Of a stretch of 37,002 bases of DNA, positions 23,620-33,479 are shown piece after piece. A program made the translations under genes and the position numbers. The notes under the pieces are model-generated. The model saw only the letters and a program-made list of their open reading frames with translations, was not told the DNA's origin and made no database searches. This DNA is from an uncultured Bacilli bacterium (GTDB lineage Bacteria; Bacillota_I; Bacilli_A; RF39; UBA660), in the NCBI GenBank assembly GCA_934096755.1, contig CAKOMU010000002.1:1-37002 (forward strand), in the 5' to 3' direction. Every line of letters begins with the position of its first letter. Position 1 is the stretch's first letter.

Positions 23620-25803
23620 GGTTTTTTTAATTGAAAATGTTTTGTTAATTTTACCTAAAATCAAACACAATATCAATGGAAGTGTAGATGCATACGGTAA
23701 ACAATAACGGAAGTAAGTGTTAGCTGGTCCAATAAAGCACATAAAGATCATTGATACTGCAGGCATTAATAAAATTAAGTATTTCTTTTTTTTAGTTAGA
23801 ATCAGTGTTAGGATTAAAAATATATAAATCCAAGTATATAAACCACAACTGACAAATAACCTTAATACCGGCACATGCATCCAACCATTGGCATAGCCTT
23901 TTAAAATTAAACGACCATGAGATAAACTATTAAAATGATAGTCATATCCAGCTTCTGGTAATTTTTGATTTAAATTGCTATAAATGTACCAACTATAATC
24001 TAAAGGATAAAAATAGCCATAACTATTACTCAATGTCGCATTTATATAAGCATCGGGATGTTTAAAAAACATTTTACCCCAAACTTGAAAATAAGCATTT
24101 AAATCATCTTTTGTAGCATATTTATTATATTTATTTTTAACTTGATCACTTAATCCTGGATTATATCTAGTAGTTAAAGTATCATATTCTAAAATTTTAT
24201 CGATTATTGCTTTTTCATCTTTAGTCACATCATCTTCATAATCCAAAACATATCGAGCTGTTTGTTGAAATGGCACCGATAGACCTTCTCTTATCGAAGT
24301 ATTAGGAATATTAAATATTGGTAATAAGGCATTATAACTAATTAAAAATATTATTACTAATGATGTTAAAACGAGACTAGAAGATTTTGTTTTATTCATA
24401 AATATAGTAAATGGTAAACTAGCTAGTATCAAAACGACTCCATTATTACGTAGTAAAATTAATGAGAGCATGATACCAAAAAAGATTAAATAATTATACC
24501 ATTTAAAAGGATATTTCATATATTTGTAAAGATAAATTAGATAAAGCATTACCCCACATGTGAACAATGTATCTTTAACTGCTGTCAAAGCATAAAACGG
24601 ATAAAAAGGAGTTATTAAATAACACAATAATACGATTAACAAAACTCGAGAATTTACTCTTTCCTGACTTAAAAAGTGAATTGAATAAGCTAGTGTTAAA
24701 ATGACGATTAATTCTTGCACCATTGTATACATAAACAATCCTAAATTAGCATTATTAAAATATAGACCTAATTTAAAGAGATTTCCTAATAAAAGTGTAT
24801 GAATAATAGGATTAAAATTAGTTAAAGTAACATTAGGATCTAAAACAATGATACTATCTAAATACCTAGTATGTAATCCCAACACTTCTTTTATTTGGTT
24901 AGCATTGTCATAATTGATCACCCCAGGATAATAAAATAATAAATACATACCATATGTTATAGTTAGCAAAATAAGACTATAAAGAAAGGGATGATGTGCA
25001 AATTTAATGGATACATCCTTAAATTTATGATTGATAAAACTATTAAAAACTAAGTTCGTAATTCTTTTAAATAATTCATAGTAACCTATTAGCTTAATAA
25101 TATTTACTAAAATATGAATATCACTTTGATATATTAAACTAAAATTATGAACTTTTTGAAAACTATAACCAACCAGCATACAAATACTAAAAATAAAGCT
25201 TAATATATTTAGTGAACGCTTAGAAGCTGGACATTGGTTTTTAAAAGTTAAATAGTAAATTATAGGAATCCATATGATGAAAGCTAAATAATCCGTAATG
25301 TTATAATCCCAAACTAAACCTTTGGAATTTAAATGAAGAATTATGGCCAAGATACTTGCTATTGACCAAAAATAGCTTTTTTTCGAAGATTCTTTGATAT
25401 CACTTTTAAAAATAAATAATTTTTGTAAAAAATAATTAACAATAAAGATAAGGCCATCGACACCAGCTTTAATTAATGTAGCATTAAATGGTATTTTTTG
25501 ATAAAGTCTATTTACCAAAATACTTGATACCGTAATATTTATTATAACTAAGATAAAATAGCTTAACATACTATTATCTTTTTGTTCTTTTTTATATTCA
25601 AAAACGAAATAACGATTGACTAAATAATTGATAAGGCTAGATATGCCGCGAGCAAGAAATGAAGCAATAATTATGGCATTATGCACTTTATTTTTCAAAA
25701 GCCAAAAAATTAAACTAAAACAAGTTAAATCGATTATAAACGAAAGTCCAGATGAACATAGATATTTAATTATTGTTTGATATTTTTTTATAAATGTTTG
25801 CAT
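23617..25803 (-). CDS. Polytopic membrane protein: N-terminal GtrA-like module fused to a large multi-TM domain that looks like a GT-C glycosyltransferase
   Basis: Start moved to MQTFIKKYQ (ATG 25803, GGAG RBS, just after the dtd stop). GtrA-type N-terminus (YLCSSGLSFIIDLTCFSLIF...RGISSLINYLVNRYFVFEY) is followed by about 600 aa with many TM helices and a soluble loop (DYEDDVTKDEKAIIDKILEYD...). Confidence 0.6.
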   Translation of the reverse strand: MQTFIKKYQTIIKYLCSSGLSFIIDLTCFSLIFWLLKNKVHNAIIIASFLARGISSLINYLVNRYFVFEYKKEQKDNSMLSYFILVIINITVSSILVNRLYQKIPFNATLIKAGVDGLIFIVNYFLQKLFIFKSDIKESSKKSYFWSIASILAIILHLNSKGLVWDYNITDYLAFIIWIPIIYYLTFKNQCPASKRSLNILSFIFSICMLVGYSFQKVHNFSLIYQSDIHILVNIIKLIGYYELFKRITNLVFNSFINHKFKDVSIKFAHHPFLYSLILLTITYGMYLLFYYPGVINYDNANQIKEVLGLHTRYLDSIIVLDPNVTLTNFNPIIHTLLLGNLFKLGLYFNNANLGLFMYTMVQELIVILTLAYSIHFLSQERVNSRVLLIVLLCYLITPFYPFYALTAVKDTLFTCGVMLYLIYLYKYMKYPFKWYNYLIFFGIMLSLILLRNNGVVLILASLPFTIFMNKTKSSSLVLTSLVIIFLISYNALLPIFNIPNTSIREGLSVPFQQTARYVLDYEDDVTKDEKAIIDKILEYDTLTTRYNPGLSDQVKNKYNKYATKDDLNAYFQVWGKMFFKHPDAYINATLSNSYGYFYPLDYSWYIYSNLNQKLPEAGYDYHFNSLSHGRLILKGYANGWMHVPVLRLFVSCGLYTWIYIFLILTLILTKKKKYLILLMPAVSMIFMCFIGPANTYFRYCLPYASTLPLILCLILGKINKTFSIKKT

Positions 25804-25804
25804 A

Positions 25805-26239
25805 TTATATCTCCAATAAAATGGTGATCGGTCCATCATTTAAAATACTTAATTGCATATCAGCCCCGAATACACCTGGTAATGTTTTAACATATTTGTT
25901 CATTTCTTTATTAAACTGTTCATATAGTTTCTTGGCATCTTGGTTATTTAATGCTCTTAAATAAGATGGACGATTACCTTTTTTAGTATCTGCATATAAG
26001 GTAAATTGAGAAATAGATAAAATATCTCCCCCTACTTCTAAAATTGATTTATTCATGATACCATCTTCATCATCAAATATTCGCAAATTAGCAATTTTTT
26101 TAGCCATTTTGATTATATTAACTTCAGTATCATCTTGAGTAAAAGACACTAACAAAACTAAACCACGATCGATTTTATTTATTAATTGATTATTAACATA
26201 AACACAAGAATTTTTACTTCTTTGTACAATTACACGCAT
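25805..26239 (-). CDS. dtd: D-aminoacyl-tRNA deacylase
   Basis: 144 aa. MRVIVQR...GLVLLVSF...SQFTLYADTKKGNRPSY...GADMQLSILNDGPITILLE. Lies directly downstream of relA, as in Bacillus. Confidence 0.9.
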   Translation of the reverse strand: MRVIVQRSKNSCVYVNNQLINKIDRGLVLLVSFTQDDTEVNIIKMAKKIANLRIFDDEDGIMNKSILEVGGDILSISQFTLYADTKKGNRPSYLRALNNQDAKKLYEQFNKEMNKYVKTLPGVFGADMQLSILNDGPITILLEI

Positions 26240-26249
26240 CTTTAACTCC

Positions 26250-28385
26250 TTAAATTTTATCTAAAACATCTAAAACATTGGCCATTTTTCTTATGCTATG
26301 TTTAATAGTTTCTAATTCTTCTTTATTTTGAATACGAATATTTAATTCATAAACTAATCGATTATTTATTTCTTTAGTATTGCATGATTTAACTAAACTA
26401 TTTTTCTTACCAATTTCTGTGATGATATTAGCCAAGATATCTTTATGTTCATTTAAAACAACATATATATTAGTAAAATAATAATTATTAGCTAACATAT
26501 TCCAAGAAACATTAATAATTCGATCCGTATTAATAGGTACATTGGGACAATCTTTTTTATGAATACTGACTCCTTGCCCTTTAGTAATATACCCAATAAT
26601 ATCATCACCCTTAATAGGCATACAACATTTAGCAATGTTAACCATGATATTTTCTGCTCCATCTACTAATATATCACTTTTATAATTAATTTTAGGTGTA
26701 ACTATTTTACGTTCAAATAGAGCATCTTCAACTTGATGTTTATCTTCTTTAGTCAAATTAATTATATAACCAGCGGTATATCGTAAAGAACCAATACCTA
26801 AATAGATATCTTCTAAATCTTTTAATTTTAAATCTTTAAGTAACTTATTTATTGTTTCAGTAGTAAGTACTTCATTAAAAGCTAATTTTCTTTTTCGTAA
26901 TTCTGCTTCTAAAATATTTTTACCTTTTGTCACATATTCTTCTTTATCTTGTTTACTAAAAAAAGCTTTTATTTTATTTTTAGCTTGAGAAGTTTTAACA
27001 AAATTTAACCAATCTTTATTAGGTGTACTATTGGCATTAGTCTTGATCGTTACCACATCATCATTATGTAATTCATAAGAAAGCGGAACAATTTGATCGT
27101 TAACAATAGCCCCAATGGTAGTATCTCCAACTTTGGAATGTATTCGATAGGCAAAGTCTATTGGCGTAGCACCACTTGGTAATTCCACCACATCGCCTTT
27201 AGGTGTATAAGTATAGATAAAATCGGCAAATAAATCATTATTAACAGTATTTTCAAAATCAGCATCAGTATCATTATTACTCGATTCAATGACATTACGA
27301 AACATTTCTAATTTTTGTTCCATCATATTTTGAATCTTTTTAGTACCCTTTTCTTTATAAGACCAATGACTAGCTATCCCTTTTTCAGCAATTTCATCCA
27401 TTTCATAAGTTCTAACTTGTACTTCAAATACGTGGCCCTCCACGCCAAAAACGGTCGTATGTAGAGATTGATACATATTTTCTTTGGGACTAGCTATATA
27501 ATCTTTAAATCTTTTGGGCATTGGTCTAAAACGAGAATGAATCAAACCAATTACTTGATAACATTCTGTTTCCGTATCAACAAAAACACGAAGTGCTAAT
27601 ATATCATAAATTTTATTCCATTCTTTACCATTATTTAATTTATTATAGATACTATAAACACTCTTTACCCGACCTTTTATTTCAAACTTAATACCAGCAT
27701 CAGTAAGTAGTTCAATGATACTATCCTTCATTTCTTGTAAATAAACATTTAATTCTTCAACCGTATCATTTAATTTTTCTAAAATATCGTTATAAACATC
27801 TGGTTTTAAATAATATAAAGATAAATTTTCTAATTCACTTTTAATAGAATTTATACCTAAACGATGGGCAATAGGAACTAAAACAGACATAGTTTCTTCA
27901 GCTTTTTGTTTTTGCTTTAAAGGATTAATAGCCCAGTTAGTACGCATATTATGAAGACGATCGGCTAGTTTTATATATAACACCCTAACATCTTCAGCAA
28001 GTCCTACAAGTATTTTTCTTAAATAGATGACAGAAGACTCATTATTATCTGGCAATTCTAATTTATTGATTTTAGAGACCGACAAAACTATTTTAGCTAT
28101 TTCTTCATCAAAATCAGCAACTAAATCTTCATAAGTTTTATCACCATTATTGATTACTTCGTGCAAAAAGGCTGCTATTAAAGTCACATCATCGACATTT
28201 AAATCTAAAAGTATTTTAACCACTTCTAAAGGATGCGTAATGAAAGGATCCTTCGTAAGTCTTAACATATCTTTATGTTCATTATAAGCATATTCATAAG
28301 CTTTTTTGATATCTGTGTATCTTTCTCTTTTTTCCAGTCTAGGAATTAACTCCTCAAAAGTTATCGTATCTGGCAAATTAATCAC
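26250..28385 (-). CDS. relA: Bifunctional (p)ppGpp synthetase/hydrolase (RelA/SpoT homolog)
   Basis: 711 aa with HD hydrolase (HPLEVVKIL...AFLHEV), synthetase (RVKSVYSIYNKL...DILALRVFV...YQSLHTTV), TGS (VYTPKGDVVELPSGATPIDFAY) and ACT-like C-terminal domains. The exact start is uncertain: GTG 28385 abuts the GGAGG, and TTG 28376 has better spacing. Confidence 0.9.
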   Translation of the reverse strand: MINLPDTITFEELIPRLEKRERYTDIKKAYEYAYNEHKDMLRLTKDPFITHPLEVVKILLDLNVDDVTLIAAFLHEVINNGDKTYEDLVADFDEEIAKIVLSVSKINKLELPDNNESSVIYLRKILVGLAEDVRVLYIKLADRLHNMRTNWAINPLKQKQKAEETMSVLVPIAHRLGINSIKSELENLSLYYLKPDVYNDILEKLNDTVEELNVYLQEMKDSIIELLTDAGIKFEIKGRVKSVYSIYNKLNNGKEWNKIYDILALRVFVDTETECYQVIGLIHSRFRPMPKRFKDYIASPKENMYQSLHTTVFGVEGHVFEVQVRTYEMDEIAEKGIASHWSYKEKGTKKIQNMMEQKLEMFRNVIESSNNDTDADFENTVNNDLFADFIYTYTPKGDVVELPSGATPIDFAYRIHSKVGDTTIGAIVNDQIVPLSYELHNDDVVTIKTNANSTPNKDWLNFVKTSQAKNKIKAFFSKQDKEEYVTKGKNILEAELRKRKLAFNEVLTTETINKLLKDLKLKDLEDIYLGIGSLRYTAGYIINLTKEDKHQVEDALFERKIVTPKINYKSDILVDGAENIMVNIAKCCMPIKGDDIIGYITKGQGVSIHKKDCPNVPINTDRIINVSWNMLANNYYFTNIYVVLNEHKDILANIITEIGKKNSLVKSCNTKEINNRLVYELNIRIQNKEELETIKHSIRKMANVLDVLDKI

Positions 28386-28443
28386 CCTCCAACATATATT
28401 TATTATATACCAATTTAGGCTTTAATTAAAGGAGAATTTAGCT

Positions 28444-29754
28444 ATGGACAAAAGAAATGTGTTTGTTAAGTCAACATTAATTTTAATTTGTAGTGGTTTT
28501 TTAACAAAGATGCTAGGCTTTATCATCAAAATTATCTATACAAGAATTATCGGTGAATATGGTATTAGTTTATATTCTATTGCTCTACCCACTTATTCAC
28601 TCTTACTTACTATCGCTACTCTAGCTATTCCCATTTCTATTTCAAAGTTAGTCAGTGAAAATAAAGGTCGCAGTATTAGAATTCTTACATCAGCCGCCTT
28701 TTTAATATTAGTTATCAATTTTATTTTAATTTTAATTATTTTATTAACTCACCAATTTATTAGTAATGTCCTTTTAAAGGAACCTATGGCTAGTCCTATT
28801 CTTATCGCCTTTGCCCTAACTTTACCATTTGTATCGATTTCTAGTGTATTAAAAGGATATTTTGCTGGTAAACAAAACATGGTCCCACACGCTACTAGTA
28901 ATATTATTGAACAAATCATAAGACTACTTTTAATAATTTTAATATTACCCATTTTAATGAAAAAAAGTGTAATGAGTGCCGTTTTAGGTTTGATTCTTCT
29001 TACCATTATTAGTGAAATAAGTAGTATTATTGTGTTTATGTTTTTCTTACCTAAAAGAATTGACTTTCACACCAATATCAAACCTAGCAAAGTAATTACT
29101 AAAAACATTTTAGACATTTCAATTCCCACCGTAGGGGGACGAATCATTGGGAATATTGGTTATTTCTTGGAGCCTATTATTTTGACAAACATTTTACTTT
29201 TTTCTGGTTATACTAATGCTTATATTTTAAGAGAGTATGGAGTTTATAACGCTTATTGTCTTACCCTGTTAACTATGCCAAATTTTTTTATTGCCGCCAT
29301 TGCTACTTCTCTTTTACCAGAGATTAGTAGATTTCATCATGAACATAATCATAAAATGGTAAAAAAAAGAATCAAACAAGCTTTAATTTTTGCCTTTTTC
29401 TTAGGATCTATTTTTTCTTTTTTAATCTTTACTTTTCGAGATCAATTATTATTTGCTATGTATAATACCACTAGTGGTTCTAATTATATCAAAGTATTGG
29501 CGCCCTTTTTTGTCTTATTTTATTTAGAAGGCGTTTTGACTTCTTCCTTACAAGCATTAGGTTATGCAAAAAAAACCATGTCAATTACTTTTGTCGGTGT
29601 TTTAATAAAAACTGGAGCAATCTTTCTTTTATCGTTATGCCACATAGGCATTTATAGTTTAGTAATTGCTGAAATTATAAATATAATTATTGTGGTATTT
29701 TTATATTATAAAACTTTAGTTGATATTTTAAAAAAACAAAGGAAGATAACATAA
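28444..29754 (+). CDS. MOP-superfamily flippase (SpoVB/YtgP/MurJ-like polysaccharide or lipid II exporter)
   Basis: 436 aa and about 12 TM. N-terminus FVKSTLILICSGFLTKMLGFIIKIIYTRIIGEYGISLYSIALPTY is typical of the family. AAAGGAG RBS. Confidence 0.65.
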   Translation: MDKRNVFVKSTLILICSGFLTKMLGFIIKIIYTRIIGEYGISLYSIALPTYSLLLTIATLAIPISISKLVSENKGRSIRILTSAAFLILVINFILILIILLTHQFISNVLLKEPMASPILIAFALTLPFVSISSVLKGYFAGKQNMVPHATSNIIEQIIRLLLIILILPILMKKSVMSAVLGLILLTIISEISSIIVFMFFLPKRIDFHTNIKPSKVITKNILDISIPTVGGRIIGNIGYFLEPIILTNILLFSGYTNAYILREYGVYNAYCLTLLTMPNFFIAAIATSLLPEISRFHHEHNHKMVKKRIKQALIFAFFLGSIFSFLIFTFRDQLLFAMYNTTSGSNYIKVLAPFFVLFYLEGVLTSSLQALGYAKKTMSITFVGVLIKTGAIFLLSLCHIGIYSLVIAEIINIIIVVFLYYKTLVDILKKQRKIT

Positions 29755-29772
29755 ATATTACCTTCCCATTAA

Positions 29773-30555
29773 TTAATCAACTGGTTCACTAGAAACCCAA
29801 TAATAATTTTTTCCATTTTTTTGATAAGTATGTTTATATAATGTACCATATTTTTTCAAAAACTTATAATCCATTTTATTACTGTTATATTCATCATTAC
29901 ATTTATCAATAGTCTTATCAGTTGTAAAACTGCCATAACATTCATCATTAACTATTTTTAAGAAATAATCATATATAATTATTTTATTACTACTCTTTTT
30001 AACTTGTTTAATTGATCTATAAGTATGAGGTTCTGCTCCTATAGTATAGGTATAAGATTCCCCTAATCCACAATAATAAGCATCTTCACTATAATAGCAA
30101 ACAGTAGTACTGTTATATTGAAATTTTTGATTTTCTTTAATATCACTACCATATATGGTTTTATATTCATCATTTATTTTTTTGGCATCAATTTTTGTAA
30201 CCGTACAGATATCGTCTTCATAATTATCGGTAGCAAAAACTATATCATTATTGATACTACAAGTATTATTTTTTTTACTTTTATCAATTTTCATAGTTGT
30301 TATATCATTTTCACTAACACGGGTATAAGCGGAACAAATTTTAAGATCTTCGCTTAAATCTTCGCTGGACACTAACTCATCAGCATAATTATTTAATCCC
30401 CCACAAACATTTAAATCATTAGTACCTAAATACGAATAAAGATTGGTTGCTAATTTGCTATCTGGATTTAATGAACGTCTACTTAGCCAAATTGCACCAA
30501 GTATTAGTAGTAAAGCAATCACTATAATCGTTATTTTTTTCTTTTTATTCTTCAT
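29773..30555 (-). CDS. Secreted or membrane-anchored Cys-rich protein (hypothetical)
   Basis: 260 aa. Lys-rich N-terminus plus a signal-anchor TM (ITIIVIALLLILGAIW). About 9 Cys in the ectodomain. AAGGTG RBS. Lies 8 nt after the HTH gene. Confidence 0.6.
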   Translation of the reverse strand: MKNKKKKITIIVIALLLILGAIWLSRRSLNPDSKLATNLYSYLGTNDLNVCGGLNNYADELVSSEDLSEDLKICSAYTRVSENDITTMKIDKSKKNNTCSINNDIVFATDNYEDDICTVTKIDAKKINDEYKTIYGSDIKENQKFQYNSTTVCYYSEDAYYCGLGESYTYTIGAEPHTYRSIKQVKKSSNKIIIYDYFLKIVNDECYGSFTTDKTIDKCNDEYNSNKMDYKFLKKYGTLYKHTYQKNGKNYYWVSSEPVD

Positions 30556-30563
30556 GTTGCACC

Positions 30564-31331
30564 TTATACTTTACGTGTTTCAATTTCAGCCATTTTCTCA
30601 AAAACTTCAGCAGCATTTTCCGTATTTATGTCGGTATAACCAAGTTCTCTTAATGCTTGAATTTTTACAGTGCTTAATTGTTGCGTACGACTTAATTTTT
30701 CTTCATTCTTTTGAGCTATTTCTTGAATAAATTTTTTGTGACATTCTGCTAGTCTATTCTTACTCGCCCCTCCATTATTATAAAGTGTTAAAGCTGAATA
30801 TAATATCCCTTCAAACACAAATTGTTTATCTTCATCAAAAATGTATTCATCTGGTTTAATAAAGCCGTTTGATTTGGCCATATATCCCATTATATATTTG
30901 ATTTCGGGAATATTGTCCATAGATTGTAACATATAATACATATAACGAATTGCACTACTGCTAGCTTCATCACTTTCTAATTTTTCTTTTAACAAAAAGA
31001 CAAAGTCATTAAGTAAAGTTTTATTTTCTTTAGTTAATCCAGTTATATCGATGAAAGAATCAATATTATTGTTGGATTTTAAAGCCGTATTTAATCTTTT
31101 TTCTACTTCCATCAAATAATTGGTATCTACAACTATACTTTCAATACTTTTTTTGCTACCATCTTTAATATCTAATAATTGTAATAATAAGACCTTTTTT
31201 TCTTTGGGCCATTTATCTAGACTATCTAAAACTAAATAGTTATATACCATTTGACGAGACACGCCTAAATATTTTGCTAATTTAACTTTAGATAAACCTA
31301 ATTCTTGTAATAATTCATTTAATCTATCCAT
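30564..31331 (-). CDS. XRE-family helix-turn-helix protein with an uncharacterised C-terminal domain
   Basis: Start moved to MDRLNELLQELGLSKVKLAKYLGVSRQMVYNYL (ATG 31331), a classic Cro/C1 HTH. The remaining 200 aa or so have no motif I recognise. Confidence 0.65.
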   Translation of the reverse strand: MDRLNELLQELGLSKVKLAKYLGVSRQMVYNYLVLDSLDKWPKEKKVLLLQLLDIKDGSKKSIESIVVDTNYLMEVEKRLNTALKSNNNIDSFIDITGLTKENKTLLNDFVFLLKEKLESDEASSSAIRYMYYMLQSMDNIPEIKYIMGYMAKSNGFIKPDEYIFDEDKQFVFEGILYSALTLYNNGGASKNRLAECHKKFIQEIAQKNEEKLSRTQQLSTVKIQALRELGYTDINTENAAEVFEKMAEIETRKV

Positions 31332-31392
31332 ATTCACTACCTTCTTAATGTTTACACTACAATTATACATAACTTAACAGTTAAAATCAAGG

Positions 31393-32505
31393 TCAGTTTT
31401 GTAAATACCATAAAAATTCTTGATTATTTTTAACAGTTTTAATAAAACCACAACCTAAACATTCTTCTCCTAAATACAAAACACATGCTTGACCAGGAGT
31501 CACTGCAGCCACTTTTTCTGGATACTTGACTCTAATCTCGTTATTATCTAAATATTCTAGTTCCACAGCATGGTCTTTATCACGATATCTAAACTTAGCG
31601 GTACAAAAGGTCGGTCTAGTACTACTAATGAAATTAACATTTTCAATAATACATTCATCACTTAATAAATACTTGCTATCACTACCAAAAGCAACATATA
31701 AAATATTATCCTTAACTGATTTACCGCAGACATAATGTCTTTCTTTATTACCACTGATACCGACATTTCTTCTTTGGCCAATAGTATAATTCATGAGTCC
31801 TGTATGGGTTCCTATTTCTTTTTTGGTTTCCACATCGACAATTTTTCCTGGATTAGGAGCTAAATAATTTTGAACAAATTTTTGGTAATTTCTTTCTCCA
31901 ATAAAACAAATGCCCGTCGAATCTTTTTTACTTGCTACGTATAAATTATTATCTAAGGCTATTTGTCGTACTTCAGGTTTTGTATATTTTCCAACAGGAA
32001 ACAAAACATTTGCTAAATTTTTTGCTGGTACATCGGCAAGAAAATAAGTTTGATCTTTATTGGTGTCGACACTTCTTAATAACTTACCATCCTTAATTTG
32101 AGCATAGTGACCTGTGGCCACATAATCAGCACCAAGCTTTTTAGCTTCCTTTATAAAGAGATCAAATTTAATAAATTTATTACAAAGTAAATCAGGATTA
32201 GGAGTGCGGCCTTTTTTTAATTCCTCCAAAAAGTATGTAAAAACATAATCCCAATACTCTTTAATAAAATCTACACGATGTAATTTAATACCTAGTTCAT
32301 TACATAATTTTAAAGCATCGTTATAGTCCTTTTCTTGCGGACAAATATCATTAAAATCATTAGGATTACCCAATATGTCACCATTGATATTACTATCCCA
32401 GTTACGCATAAATAAGCCTTCAACATCGTATCCTTCTTGTTTTAAAAGAAGGGCACTAACCGCAGAGTCAACTCCACCAGAAATTCCAACTATTACTTTT
32501 TCCAT
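31393..32505 (-). CDS. mnmA: tRNA-specific 2-thiouridylase
   Basis: 370 aa. PP-loop VGISGGVDSAV, RTPNPDLLCN, ATGHYA and DQTYFL motifs. Confidence 0.92.
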   Translation of the reverse strand: MEKVIVGISGGVDSAVSALLLKQEGYDVEGLFMRNWDSNINGDILGNPNDFNDICPQEKDYNDALKLCNELGIKLHRVDFIKEYWDYVFTYFLEELKKGRTPNPDLLCNKFIKFDLFIKEAKKLGADYVATGHYAQIKDGKLLRSVDTNKDQTYFLADVPAKNLANVLFPVGKYTKPEVRQIALDNNLYVASKKDSTGICFIGERNYQKFVQNYLAPNPGKIVDVETKKEIGTHTGLMNYTIGQRRNVGISGNKERHYVCGKSVKDNILYVAFGSDSKYLLSDECIIENVNFISSTRPTFCTAKFRYRDKDHAVELEYLDNNEIRVKYPEKVAAVTPGQACVLYLGEECLGCGFIKTVKNNQEFLWYLQN

Positions 32506-32521
32506 AACACATCACATGGAT

Positions 32522-32550
32522 AGTATACCTTAAAAAACACAAAAATTCAA
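32522..32550 (-). promoter_or_regulatory. Sigma-A promoter for mnmA
   Basis: TTGAAT (32545-32550), 17 nt, TATACT (32522-32527). Confidence 0.55.
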
Positions 32551-32571
32551 ATAGTAAACCGTGAATTATGT

Positions 32572-33141
32572 TTATTGAATTAAAAAAGTAAAAAGATTTA
32601 AAAACGGTTTACCACCAAAATATAAGATTATATCCAAAATGAAGATTAAAGCAATTGTTAAGAGACATTTTTTGAATAAAACACTAATGGTTTCTTTATT
32701 TCTTTTTTTATAAAAAATATTTTCAATAATAGACCAAGCCAATTTAAAAATAGTAATACTAAATATGAGAAAAAGTATTAAAAATAAACCTTTGGTTATA
32801 AAAGCATAAATAATACCATATAAAAGACCTTTAATACCAAAAATATTTGTCAATGATGTAACAATAAAGCCCATGGTAAATCCATTATAAAATAAATAAA
32901 ATATCACGAGTGGTAAGCCAATAATAAAAAGGCTAAGAATAAAAATAGGACAAATGGTAAATAAATGTGCCAAGGTATTATTGATATTCTTGCCCTCTTG
33001 TAAAGAATTATTAATATTTAAAAATAAAATTTCTTTAGTTGCTTCATCTTGCATAATTAAAAATATTACTCCTACTACAATACCAATAGATAACATCGCT
33101 AGTAAAAAGATCATCATTTTCTTATTAATGCTTGTCCACAT
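32572..33141 (-). CDS. SpoIIM-like (DUF95 family) integral membrane protein
   Basis: Start at MWTSINKK (ATG 33141, GGTGA RBS). 5 to 6 TM. The segment LFYNGFTMGFIV...GIKGLLYGIIYAFITKGLF resembles the stage II sporulation protein M family. Confidence 0.5.
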   Translation of the reverse strand: MWTSINKKMMIFLLAMLSIGIVVGVIFLIMQDEATKEILFLNINNSLQEGKNINNTLAHLFTICPIFILSLFIIGLPLVIFYLFYNGFTMGFIVTSLTNIFGIKGLLYGIIYAFITKGLFLILFLIFSITIFKLAWSIIENIFYKKRNKETISVLFKKCLLTIALIFILDIILYFGGKPFLNLFTFLIQ

Positions 33142-33228
33142 ATTTATCACCAATTAAGTATATTGCAAAATATTCATAATTATGATAAATTTATGTGGTA
33201 AATGTTTAAAGAAATGTGGTGAGATATT

Positions 33229-33321
33229 TTGAATAAAAAAGTCCAAAAAATTGCAGTTTGGTTTATGCTTCTTGTAATGGTGGCTAGTGTAATTGTAGGT
33301 ATACTTGCCTATGTTATATAA
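33229..33321 (+). CDS. 30-aa tail-anchored membrane miniprotein, Prli42/DUF4044-like
   Basis: TTG start 5 nt after a GGTGAG RBS. (M)NKKVQKIAVWFMLLVMVASVIVGILAYVI*. A clean terminator follows. It is the only plus-strand unit between minus-strand genes. The pattern is a basic N-terminus plus a single TM, as in Listeria Prli42 (from memory). Confidence 0.5.
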   Translation: MNKKVQKIAVWFMLLVMVASVIVGILAYVI

Positions 33322-33346
33322 AAATTAAACTAAAATTAAGTATAAG

Positions 33347-33375
33347 ACACATTACCTTTTGGTAGTGTGTTTTTA
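33347..33375 (+). terminator. Rho-independent terminator of the miniprotein gene
   Basis: ACACATTACC-TTTT-GGTAGTGTGT (10 bp, one G-U) followed by TTTT. Confidence 0.7.
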
Positions 33376-33443
33376 TAACCTTATATTTTATTATGTAATA
33401 ATTTATAATGACAAGCAAAACCTTTGTTTAACAAATTATCATA

Positions 33444-33477
33444 TAAAAAAAGTTCAAAAACAATTTATTTTTAAACT
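33444..33477 (-). terminator. Rho-independent terminator after the CaCA antiporter gene
   Basis: On the minus strand: AGUUUAAAAA-UAAAUUG-UUUUUGAACU (one G-U) followed by UUUUUUU. Confidence 0.5.
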
Positions 33478-33479
33478 CT

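Noticed and set aside
28749-29006. Tracked ORF 28749..29006, antisense to the flippase gene.
   Set aside because: It is a shadow ORF with no independent support.
30118-30730. Tracked ORFs 30118..30357 and 30443..30730, antisense to the Cys-rich protein and HTH genes.
   Set aside because: They are Ile/Phe-rich low-complexity shadows typical of AT-rich antisense frames.
31526-31735. Tracked ORF 31526..31735, antisense to mnmA. Likewise 32954..33157 (antisense to spoIIM-like) and 34162..34347 (antisense to the antiporter).
   Set aside because: They are shadow ORFs inside well-supported genes.
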